Assembly: GCA_902596205.1 (NCBI GenBank)
Contig: CACJSY010000003.1
Span: forward strand, 54,859 to 118,858
DNA length: 64,000 nt
Source of the DNA: an uncultured Pelagibacteraceae bacterium
GTDB taxonomy: Bacteria > Pseudomonadota > Alphaproteobacteria > Pelagibacterales > Pelagibacteraceae
Direction: 5' to 3'
Positions 48,542 to 57,370 of the stretch are shown here, piece after piece. Position numbers and translations under genes: made by a program. Numbering within the stretch: the stretch's first letter is position 1; every line of letters starts with the position of its first letter. The notes below the pieces were generated by a model. It did no database searches, had not been told where the DNA came from, and saw only the letters and a list, made by a program, of their open reading frames with translations.

Positions 48542-49404
48542 GACTGTGCCTCATTTTTCATCATTAAATTGTAAAAAACCCAACAAACTAAAAGTACAAT
48601 AAAGAAATATATTAACGACATCGCAGCCGCTGGACCTAGATCAAATTGACCCAAAGCCATTTTAACTAAGTCAATGGATAAAAATGCTGTAGTATTACCT
48701 GGACCACCTCCTGTTAAAACAAATGGCTCAGTGTAAATCATAAAACTATCCATAAATCTTAATAAAATTGCTAAAGTTAAAACCTTTTTCATTTTTGGTA
48801 ATTCAATATATCTAAAAGTTGCCCACCTACTAGCGCCATCAATTTCTGCAGCTTGATAGTACGCAGGCTGAATTGAGTTAAGACCTGCGTAAGATAAAAG
48901 AACAACTAAAGATGTCCAGTGCCAAACATCCATTAAAATAGTTGTGAACCATGCATCACCAGGTTGTTGGGTAAAGTTATAATCAAAACCCATAGCATTT
49001 AATGAATGACCAAGAAAACCAATATCTGGGAGCGCAAAGATATTCCACATAGCGCCAACAACATTCCAAGGAATTAGAAGCGGCATAGACATTAGAATTA
49101 AACAAACTGGTACACCCCATCCTTTTTTTGGCATTGTAAGTGCAATAGCAATTCCTAGAGGTATTTGGATTAGAAGTATTATAAAAGTAAAAGCAAATTG
49201 TCTTCCTAATGAAGCATGAAATCTTTCAGATAATAGAATTTGTTTAAACCATCTTGTGCCTTCCCAGGCGAATACGTTGTTTCCAAAAGTTTCTTGAAAT
49301 GAATAATTAACTACTGTCATTAAAGGAATAGCTGCATTAAATGCAACAAGAACAAATACGGGAATTACAAAATACCAAGCTTTTTGATTAATAGTTTTAT
49401 TCAT
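48538..49404 (-). CDS. Glycerol ABC transporter permease (rhizobial GlpP nomenclature)
   Basis: PLMTVVNYS, IPWNVVG, MDVWHWT, YYQAAEIDGA and GQFDLGPAAA motifs. Confidence 0.88.
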   Translation of the reverse strand: MNKTINQKAWYFVIPVFVLVAFNAAIPLMTVVNYSFQETFGNNVFAWEGTRWFKQILLSERFHASLGRQFAFTFIILLIQIPLGIAIALTMPKKGWGVPVCLILMSMPLLIPWNVVGAMWNIFALPDIGFLGHSLNAMGFDYNFTQQPGDAWFTTILMDVWHWTSLVVLLSYAGLNSIQPAYYQAAEIDGASRWATFRYIELPKMKKVLTLAILLRFMDSFMIYTEPFVLTGGGPGNTTAFLSIDLVKMALGQFDLGPAAAMSLIYFFIVLLVCWVFYNLMMKNEAQS

Positions 49405-50468
49405 TATTCAATAATCCAGTTGTCTCCATAAACATAAGTATATTTTTGATTGAAAGTTATATGGGCGCTTTCACTTGGAATTTCAGTAGAAGCGTTAGAT
49501 AATATTTTGATGTTTCCTCCATTACATTCTGTATCAACAATTTTATGTCTTCCAGTATTACTTACTCTTTTAATTTTAACTGGAATTCCATCTTTTGAAA
49601 AATTTATAAATTCAGGTCTTATGCCTATTTGAGTTTTACTAAAATTTGATTTTTTTATAGCTTTATGACTTTGTATTTTTTGACCGCTGAAATTTATTTC
49701 ACCATTTTTAATTTCACACGGAAGTATATTCATTCCAGGTGAACCAATAAAATGTCCAACAAAAGTATGTTTAGGTTTCTCAAATAATTCAACGGGTGTT
49801 CCAGTTTGGACGATTTGACCTTCATGCATGACTACAACTTGATCTGCAAAAGTTAAAGCTTCTGTTTGATCATGTGTCACATAAATCATGGTACGATTTA
49901 TTTTTTGATGTAGTTCTTTTAATTTAGATCTTAAAATCCATTTTAAATGTGGATCTATAACAGTTAGTGGTTCATCAAACATAATTACATTTACATCTGA
50001 TCTAACAAGTCCTCTACCTAAGGAAATTTTTTGTTTACCATCAGCTGTTAACCCGGATGCTCTATTGTTTAGTGTAGTTGTTAACTCAAGCATCTCAGCT
50101 ATTTCTTTAACTTTAGATGCAATTTGTGTATCAGAGAGACCTCTATTTTTTAAAGGGAAAGCTAAATTATCATAAACTGACATGGTGTCATAAATAACTG
50201 GAAATTGAAATATTTGAGCAATATCTCTTTCAACAGGATTAAGTGATGTCATATCTTTATCATCAAATAAAACACTACCTTTTGTTGGTTTTAATAAGCC
50301 TGAAATAATATTTAATAAAGTTGTTTTTCCACAACCAGATGGTCCTAAAAGAGCATAAGCTCCACCGTCTTTCCAGTCAATATTAACATCTCTTAAAGCC
50401 CAGTCAGAATTATTAATCTGTTGTTCTAAATAGCTGTGACTTAAATCTTTTAAAGTTATTTTAGCCAT
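49404..50468 (-). CDS. Glycerol ABC transporter ATP-binding protein (rhizobial GlpT nomenclature)
   Basis: GPSGCGKT, degenerate signature LTADGKQ, FDEPLTVIDP and VTHDQ motifs. Confidence 0.88.
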   Translation of the reverse strand: MAKITLKDLSHSYLEQQINNSDWALRDVNIDWKDGGAYALLGPSGCGKTTLLNIISGLLKPTKGSVLFDDKDMTSLNPVERDIAQIFQFPVIYDTMSVYDNLAFPLKNRGLSDTQIASKVKEIAEMLELTTTLNNRASGLTADGKQKISLGRGLVRSDVNVIMFDEPLTVIDPHLKWILRSKLKELHQKINRTMIYVTHDQTEALTFADQVVVMHEGQIVQTGTPVELFEKPKHTFVGHFIGSPGMNILPCEIKNGEINFSGQKIQSHKAIKKSNFSKTQIGIRPEFINFSKDGIPVKIKRVSNTGRHKIVDTECNGGNIKILSNASTEIPSESAHITFNQKYTYVYGDNWIIE

Positions 50469-51525
50469 TGTTTACCAATCTGTTATTTTGATCAAAATAT
50501 AAAAACTCATCCGTGTTCATGTACAGTTTAGTATCTTCTCCAACATTTTTTTGTTGAGTTCCATTAGATAATGAAACCCAGTTTAAACTTCCATTAGTAA
50601 AGTGTATTAAGCTTTCTGACCCACTGAGTTCAGAAATTTGAACCTTGCCATTAATTTCAACTGAATTATTTCCCTCTTTATAAGTTGTAATATTATGAGG
50701 TCTTATACCTATTTTATAAGTACCATCCTTAATTTTTGCTGATGATTTCCATTGAACATCATTATTAGTAAATTTACAATTATCTCCACTTTTTGTAATT
50801 TCAGCTATATTCATCGGTGGATCGCTAAAAACTTTAGCTGAAATTAAATTTTCAGGCCTATTATAAACCTCTAACGTTTTGCCGTATTGAATAACTTTGC
50901 CTTCTAATAATGTTGCTGTATTTCCCCCGATCATTAGAGCATCAGATGGCTCTGTTGTGGCATAAACAACTATACAGTCTCTATCTTCAAATAATTTTGG
51001 TAATTCCTCTCTCAATTCCTCTCTTAGTTTAAAATCTAGATTTGCTAAAGGTTCATCTAATAAGATTAAATCTGAATCCTTTACTAAAGCTCTTGCTAAT
51101 GCAGTTCTTTGTTGTTGACCGCCTGATAATTCGTCAGGTTTTTTATTTAACATTGCTGATAATTTTAAAAGTTCAGCCACCTTTCCTACTCTTTGTTTAA
51201 TCTCATCATTTTTAACTCCCGTTATTGCTAGGGGAGAAGCAATATTTTCATAAACCGTATAATTTGGATAATTAATAAATTGCTGATAAACCATAGAACA
51301 ATTTCTTTTTTGTACTTTCATGCCTGTAACATTTTTTCCGTCAAACCATATCTCACCTGAGGTTGGTTTATCTAACCCTGCCATTATTTGCATTAATGTT
51401 GTTTTGCCAGCTAGTGTGGAACCGAGCAGTACATTTATGGTATTTTTTTCTAATTTAAGACTTGTAGGATGAATATGAGTATCTATTCCAACTTTTTTTT
51501 CTACATTTTTTAGTTCTAGACTCAT
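50461..51525 (-). CDS. glpS: Glycerol ABC transporter ATP-binding protein (rhizobial GlpS nomenclature)
   Basis: [34 protein letters not shown] and YATTEP motifs. Confidence 0.88.
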   Translation of the reverse strand: MSLELKNVEKKVGIDTHIHPTSLKLEKNTINVLLGSTLAGKTTLMQIMAGLDKPTSGEIWFDGKNVTGMKVQKRNCSMVYQQFINYPNYTVYENIASPLAITGVKNDEIKQRVGKVAELLKLSAMLNKKPDELSGGQQQRTALARALVKDSDLILLDEPLANLDFKLREELREELPKLFEDRDCIVVYATTEPSDALMIGGNTATLLEGKVIQYGKTLEVYNRPENLISAKVFSDPPMNIAEITKSGDNCKFTNNDVQWKSSAKIKDGTYKIGIRPHNITTYKEGNNSVEINGKVQISELSGSESLIHFTNGSLNWVSLSNGTQQKNVGEDTKLYMNTDEFLYFDQNNRLVNNG

Positions 51526-51543
51526 AATTTAAAATTTAGTTTT

Positions 51544-51573
51544 AAAAAAAGGGGGCAGCTAGTGCCCCCTTTT
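51544..51573 (-). terminator. Intrinsic terminator-like hairpin after the glycerol SBP gene
   Basis: AAAAGGGGGCA-GCTAG-TGCCCCCTTTT, with a U7 tract on the minus strand. Confidence 0.82.
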
Positions 51574-51593
51574 CAATTTAGATTAACCTCTTA

Positions 51594-53324
51594 CTATTTC
51601 CAAGCTTTCGCGTATGGAACAGTTTTTCCTTGAGGTTTCTCATCACGTTTAGCTTTCGGTGAACCTTTCTTATTTAACCAATAAGAAGCTTCTCTTGGTT
51701 TGTTAAGTCTTGGTCCACATCCACCGTATGCGTTGCTACCTTTATCAGCAGCTTCCATACGAGACATAACTAAATCCATCTCTTCTGCAAGACGATCCAT
51801 AGCTTGTTGTGGAGTAAACGCACCTGAGTTTACATCTCCAATTTGTTGCCACCAGATTTGTGCTAGTTTCGGATAATCCGGAACGTTTACACCTGTTGGT
51901 GACCAAATATTTCTGTTGTTTGATCTGTAGAACTCAACAAGTCCGCCAAGTGCTGGTGCTCTTTCTGTGAAAGATTTGTGGTCTATCGAACTATCTCTGA
52001 TGATAGTTAAACCTACGTGACTTTTCTTAAGGTCTACTGTTTTTGATACAACGAATTGAGCGTATAACCATGCAGCTTTTCTATTTTTTACTGGTGTAGA
52101 CTTAAATAAAGTCCATGATCCAGCATCTTGATATCCAAGCTTCATGCCTTCTTCCCAATAAGGTCCTTTTGGTGATGGACCCATTCTCCATAACGGCATT
52201 CCTTTATCATCAACAACTTTGTTGTTAGGATTTTTTCCTACTAAAGAAGCTGTGAACGCTGTGTACCAGAAAATTTGCTGAGCAACGTTTCCAGAAGATA
52301 GTGACGGTAGAGACTGATAGAAGTCCATAGCCGCAGCACCTGGAGGAGCGTAATTTCTTAACCACTCATCCCATTTTCTGATTGCGTATACAGCAGCAGG
52401 ACCGTTAGCAGCTCCACCTCTTGTTACTGAAGCTCCAACAGGGTTACAAGAACCTTTTTCCATTCTTATTCCCCACTCGTCCACTGGTATTCCATTAGGT
52501 TTTCCAACATCACCTGCTCCAGCCATTGATAACCACGCGTCAGTCATTCTCCAACCTAAGTCAGGAGCTCTTTTACCGTAGTCCATGTGACCGTAAATTC
52601 TAACACCGTCAATATTTTTCACATCTTCTGAGAAATATTTAGCGATGTCTTCATATGCAGACCAATTTAATGGTACACCTAAATCGTATCCGTATTTGGC
52701 TTTAAAACCTTTTTTGATTTCAGGTCTGTCAAACCAATCTTTTCTAAACCAGTAAAGGTTAGCGAATTGTTGGTCAGGCATTTGGTATAAGTCGCCATCT
52801 GGACCTGTAGTAAACTGTTTACCAATGAAATCATCTAAGTCTAAAGTTGGTAAAGTAACGTCTTTACCCTCTCCAGCCATCCATTTCGTTAAGTTAACAG
52901 CTTGTTGCATTCTAGCGTGAGTACCAATCAAATCAGAATCATTGATGTACGCATCATAAATACTAACGTTAGTTTGCATTTGTGTTTGAACAGCCATTAC
53001 AACATCACCTTCACCGAGTAACTGGTGATTTACTTTAATCCCAGTGATTTCTTCAAAAGCTTTAGTTAAAACTTTTGATTCATACTCGTGCGTTGGAATA
53101 GTTTCAGACAATACTTTGATAGACATTCCTTTGAATGGCTTAGCAGCATTGTGGAACCACTCTAGTTCTTTCTCTCTCTCTTTTGCAGATAAAGTTGAAA
53201 GACTAAATTCTCCATTAGACCATTTCTTGATTGCAGCCATATGACCGTCTGCAAATGCATTAGAAATAGTTACGATTGAAAATGATACAGCAACAGCTAA
53301 GAAAGTTTTTAATGTTTTAAACAT
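51594..53324 (-). CDS. glpV: Glycerol ABC transporter substrate-binding protein (rhizobial GlpV)
   Basis: SETIPTHEYES, DSDLIGTH, PDQQFANLYWFR, RMTDAW, GYQDAGSWT and NVPDYPKLAQ motifs. Start ATG 53324 follows RBS GGGAG; adjacent to glpK. Confidence 0.88.
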   Translation of the reverse strand: MFKTLKTFLAVAVSFSIVTISNAFADGHMAAIKKWSNGEFSLSTLSAKEREKELEWFHNAAKPFKGMSIKVLSETIPTHEYESKVLTKAFEEITGIKVNHQLLGEGDVVMAVQTQMQTNVSIYDAYINDSDLIGTHARMQQAVNLTKWMAGEGKDVTLPTLDLDDFIGKQFTTGPDGDLYQMPDQQFANLYWFRKDWFDRPEIKKGFKAKYGYDLGVPLNWSAYEDIAKYFSEDVKNIDGVRIYGHMDYGKRAPDLGWRMTDAWLSMAGAGDVGKPNGIPVDEWGIRMEKGSCNPVGASVTRGGAANGPAAVYAIRKWDEWLRNYAPPGAAAMDFYQSLPSLSSGNVAQQIFWYTAFTASLVGKNPNNKVVDDKGMPLWRMGPSPKGPYWEEGMKLGYQDAGSWTLFKSTPVKNRKAAWLYAQFVVSKTVDLKKSHVGLTIIRDSSIDHKSFTERAPALGGLVEFYRSNNRNIWSPTGVNVPDYPKLAQIWWQQIGDVNSGAFTPQQAMDRLAEEMDLVMSRMEAADKGSNAYGGCGPRLNKPREASYWLNKKGSPKAKRDEKPQGKTVPYAKAWK

Positions 53325-53428
53325 TTTGTTATTTCTCCCATTGTTGTTTTTAATGAAATAATATTGAACCAAAATTAACCCAAAGTGTACAGGACTTAAT
53401 TAAATTAAATTTTCAACTATAGGGTGTG

Positions 53429-54910
53429 TTATTTACTCAAAGTTTTTTTAATTGCTGCGGACCATCCTTTTAAAAGTTTATTTCTTGATGGATTTTGCAT
53501 TTTCGGTGAAAATTTTTTATCTAAATGCCAATTTTTAGAAATATCTTTTAAAGATTTATAAACTCCAATTTGTAAACCTGCCATAAATGCAGCGCCTAAT
53601 GCAGTGGTTTCTTGAACTTTTGGTCTCAAAACTTTCACATTAACTATGTCAGATAAAAATTGTGAAAACCAATTATTCATAACCATTCCACCGTCAACTT
53701 TTACAATTTTAGGTCTTAAACCATCGTGTTTCATTGCTTCAAATAAATCATAAGTTTGATAGGCAACAGCTTCTATTGTGGCTCTTACAATTTCCTTTGG
53801 ACTTGTATCTCTAGTAATTCCGCTTAAAACTCCTCTAGCGTTTGCATCCCAGTAAGGAGCTCCTAGTCCTGTAAAAGCTGGTACTAGATAAATATTATTA
53901 TTATCTTTTAAAGATTTCACAATTTTTTCTGTCTCTGGGGCTTTCTTAAAAAATTTCATTCTATCTCTGAGCCATTGAACACCTGCACCTGCTATAAAAA
54001 TTGATCCTTCCATAGCATATGTTGTCTTACCGTTAATTCTATATGCAATTGTTGTTAACAATCTATTTTTTGAATAAATCTTTTTGCTGCCTGTATTAAG
54101 TAAAACAAAAGCTCCAGTGCCGTACGTACTTTTTAGAGATCCTGGTTCAAAACAACATTGTCCAATAGTAGCAGATTGCTGATCCCCTACAACGCCGTTT
54201 ATTGGTATAGACTTACCTGTAATCGATGAATGAGTTTGACCGTAATCATCGGCACAATCTTTTACTTCAGGAAGAATATGTTTTTTGATCTTTAATAAAT
54301 TTAAAATCGTATCATCCCATTTGTTTGAACTAATATTATAAATCATTGTTCGACTAGCATTTGAAGCATCAGTTGCGTGTATTTTTCCACGGGTTAATCT
54401 CCAAATTAAAAAACTATCGATGGTTCCAAACAATAATTGTTTTTTGTTCATTAGTTGTTTTGCTTTAGAAACATTATCTAGTATCCATTTAATTTTTGTT
54501 CCTGAAAAGTAAGAGTCAATTAAAAGACCTGTTTTGTTAAAGATCATAGTATCTTTATTCTGTTTTCTTAATTTTTTACAAAACTCTTCTTGTCTACGAT
54601 CTTGCCAAACTATTGCATTGTAAACTGGCTTCCCTGTTTTTTTGTCCCACAAAACAGTAGTTTCTCTTTGATTGGTTATACCTATACTTAAAATTTCACC
54701 TTTTAGTTTTTTTGTTTTTTGAATAACATCTTTTAAAGTTTTTAAAGTTGTTCTCCAAATTTCTTCTGGATTATGTTCAACCCACCCACTTTTCGGAAAA
54801 TACTGTGTAAATTCTTTTTGTGACGAATAGACTGGCTTTCCTTTCAAATCAAATAGGATTGATCTGTTCGATGTAGTCCCAGCATCAATCGAGATAATAA
54901 ATTTTTTCAC
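53429..54910 (-). CDS. glpK: Glycerol kinase
   Basis: DAGTTS, GWVEH, TNQRET, VWQDRR, YFSGTK, GDQQ, KSTYGTG and VPAFTGLGAPYW motifs; GTG start. Confidence 0.97.
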   Translation of the reverse strand: MKKFIISIDAGTTSNRSILFDLKGKPVYSSQKEFTQYFPKSGWVEHNPEEIWRTTLKTLKDVIQKTKKLKGEILSIGITNQRETTVLWDKKTGKPVYNAIVWQDRRQEEFCKKLRKQNKDTMIFNKTGLLIDSYFSGTKIKWILDNVSKAKQLMNKKQLLFGTIDSFLIWRLTRGKIHATDASNASRTMIYNISSNKWDDTILNLLKIKKHILPEVKDCADDYGQTHSSITGKSIPINGVVGDQQSATIGQCCFEPGSLKSTYGTGAFVLLNTGSKKIYSKNRLLTTIAYRINGKTTYAMEGSIFIAGAGVQWLRDRMKFFKKAPETEKIVKSLKDNNNIYLVPAFTGLGAPYWDANARGVLSGITRDTSPKEIVRATIEAVAYQTYDLFEAMKHDGLRPKIVKVDGGMVMNNWFSQFLSDIVNVKVLRPKVQETTALGAAFMAGLQIGVYKSLKDISKNWHLDKKFSPKMQNPSRNKLLKGWSAAIKKTLSK

Positions 54911-55953
54911 CTAAATGACTCCCAGTCTAATTCTAATTTTTTATCATCAACAATAGCATTGATCATGCCAAGCATTAAAGGTAATTTTTTTTGATCAAAA
55001 TCTTCGTTTACTTTTTTTGCGATTTCTCTTGCTAGATCTGCTCCCTCAACTGTTACTTTTTCCATCTTTGTTTTTTTGGCTTCTGAAAAAGTTAGCCCTT
55101 CCCCAATATAAGATCCCATTTTTGCATTTCTACCACCACCAGAACTTACATAAAGATCTCCTAAACCTGCTAGACCTTTGACAGTTTCTTTTTTACCTTT
55201 TAAATGTTCAACAAATATTTCCATTTCATGAATGGATTGTTTGATTAAAGCAGATGCTGTATTCAAATAATTTTTTTCTCTTACTTCATTGGAAATATTT
55301 TTACTACATAGGCCTTTTGCCGCTCCAACAGCCATGGAATAAATATTTTTTATTGCAGCTGAAACTTCTACACCATTTAAATCATTTGAGTGTGACGTGT
55401 GGTAATAGTTTGTATTAAGCATATCTGCTATTTTTTTGGCAGTTTGAATATCCTTATTTGCAATTACAACACTAGAATGAACTCTGTTAGCCAATCCAGC
55501 AGCTAAACAAGGTCCACCAACGGCTGAAATATCTACTTTTTTAATTCCTTTTTCCTCTAATAATCTCTCTAATTTATCTACTAGTAATTCATATTGATTA
55601 TTGTGAATACTTAAACCTTTTGTGAGCATCAATAATTTTGGAATATTGCCATCTTTATAAAGTCTACTTAATTGATCTGCTACCCACTCAATACCTTTGG
55701 AACTTATACCAAGGACAATTAAGTCCACGTTTGTTTTTAATAACTCATCAAATTTTTCAAATTTAAAAATCTTAATTTCTTGAGGAATCTTCGTTTTTAA
55801 TCCTGGATGTAAATTATTATTTTTTTTAAGCTGATCTATAAATTCATTCTCTAAATGAGTTCCAACAATATTAATATCATGATTATTGTCTAAGCAGGGT
55901 AAAGCAAAAGCTGAACCCATAGCACCTGCACCGATTATTACAATTTTTGACAT
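54907..55953 (-). CDS. gpsA: NAD(P)-dependent glycerol-3-phosphate dehydrogenase (GpsA family, atypical subgroup)
   Basis: GAGAMG, TKGL, GGP, catalytic AIKN, GLAGLGDL, GRN and VEG motifs; 4-bp overlap with glpK. Confidence 0.88.
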   Translation of the reverse strand: MSKIVIIGAGAMGSAFALPCLDNNHDINIVGTHLENEFIDQLKKNNNLHPGLKTKIPQEIKIFKFEKFDELLKTNVDLIVLGISSKGIEWVADQLSRLYKDGNIPKLLMLTKGLSIHNNQYELLVDKLERLLEEKGIKKVDISAVGGPCLAAGLANRVHSSVVIANKDIQTAKKIADMLNTNYYHTSHSNDLNGVEVSAAIKNIYSMAVGAAKGLCSKNISNEVREKNYLNTASALIKQSIHEMEIFVEHLKGKKETVKGLAGLGDLYVSSGGGRNAKMGSYIGEGLTFSEAKKTKMEKVTVEGADLAREIAKKVNEDFDQKKLPLMLGMINAIVDDKKLELDWESFR

Positions 55954-57365
55954 TAATCTTTAAATAAAATTTTTTTGAAAATTAAAAAAATCGATATTAG
56001 CTCAATTTTTCCAATTATCATAAATAAAATTAAACTAATTTTTGAAGATGTTAATAGATTTGTAAAATTTAAATTTTGCATATTAAACATTTCAGAATTA
56101 ACGGTATTCGTTAAAGTTAATATCGATAATTTAAATGATCTCTCAAAACCAATATTATCAACGACTAAAAGACTTGATAGAATAAAAAGACTTAAAAAAA
56201 ATGAAATAAATATCAAAAAAGATATTTTAACATGTTCATCTGAAATTTTTTTATCAGAATTAAAAATTGTTTTATTTATAATGCTGTTAGGACTTATAAG
56301 CTTTATGATCTCTAAAGATGTAATCTTTAATAAAATATAAAGCCTTGTAAGCTTTATTCCTGAAGAGTTTGATACAAGAGAACCACCTATAATTGTGATG
56401 AGTAGGAAATATAAACTCAGATTATTGTTTGACTCCATGAGCGTTAGCCCGGAATTGGCTAAACTACTTACTACGCTTATCATCAAATCTAAACCTTGGT
56501 AATTATTAAAATATATAAATAAACAAAAAATTATTGATAATATTAACAAATATAAATCCTCTTTATGTTCTTTTATTAAAGTATTTTTATTAAATATATT
56601 AAATAGTAAATAGAAATTAAGCATAGATATTATTAATGAAAAAATTAGGACAATCTTTTGAAAATTTGTTGATATAATTTTCTCGATACTTTCAGTTGGT
56701 AAAAAACCGCCCCCCGAGACTAATGTCATAGTAATATTTAATGAATTAAACAATCTAACTCCTGTTAAATTTAATAAACTTAGTATTATTATGCTTAAAA
56801 CTGAATAAATTATAAATATTCTTAACAAATTATCTTTAATATTTTCCTCAGATTTAAAATTGTTATCTCCAGAATAAGATAAATTTGTCATTTTATAATT
56901 AAATGATTTATTAGAAAAAATAATAATTAAAAAAAATAGAAAAAATAAACCACCAAACCATTGAGAAGATGATCTCCAAAGAATAAGTGTTGGATCCAAG
57001 TATTTGATATCTTTAAATATTGAAAAACCTGTTCCAGTTAATCCTGAAACTGACTCAAAAATTGAATTAATAAATGTAACCTGGTAATTACTTAGATAAA
57101 AAGGAATAGCAATTAATAAAGAAGTTAAAAAATACGAAATAATTACTAAAATTAATTGTTCTATAAAATCAATATTTTTTTTTGAATTTTTTCCATAGTA
57201 AAAAAATCCAACACTGATAATTAGCGAAATTACTAGCGTTGAAAAATAAGTATCAATACTTAGAAAATAATCAAAATATGAGGCATATAGTATATTAATA
57301 AAAGCAAGAATACTTATTGGAAAACAAATTAAACTTAAATAAAAACTTATACCTTTTAAATTCAT
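55953..57365 (-). CDS. trkH: Trk potassium uptake membrane subunit (divergent)
   Basis: FESVSGLTGTGFS, LWRSSSQWFGG, SGGGF and GGS..S.SSGIK motifs; downstream of trkA. Confidence 0.88.
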   Translation of the reverse strand: MNLKGISFYLSLICFPISILAFINILYASYFDYFLSIDTYFSTLVISLIISVGFFYYGKNSKKNIDFIEQLILVIISYFLTSLLIAIPFYLSNYQVTFINSIFESVSGLTGTGFSIFKDIKYLDPTLILWRSSSQWFGGLFFLFFLIIIFSNKSFNYKMTNLSYSGDNNFKSEENIKDNLLRIFIIYSVLSIIILSLLNLTGVRLFNSLNITMTLVSGGGFLPTESIEKIISTNFQKIVLIFSLIISMLNFYLLFNIFNKNTLIKEHKEDLYLLILSIIFCLFIYFNNYQGLDLMISVVSSLANSGLTLMESNNNLSLYFLLITIIGGSLVSNSSGIKLTRLYILLKITSLEIIKLISPNSIINKTIFNSDKKISDEHVKISFLIFISFFLSLFILSSLLVVDNIGFERSFKLSILTLTNTVNSEMFNMQNLNFTNLLTSSKISLILFMIIGKIELISIFLIFKKILFKD

Positions 57366-57370
57366 TAAAT

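Noticed and set aside
53325-53372. Longer starts in the ORF track for glpV (also aapJ 36332, xth 16980, permease 25844)
   Set aside because: Downstream ATGs have an RBS, translational coupling or a proper signal peptide.
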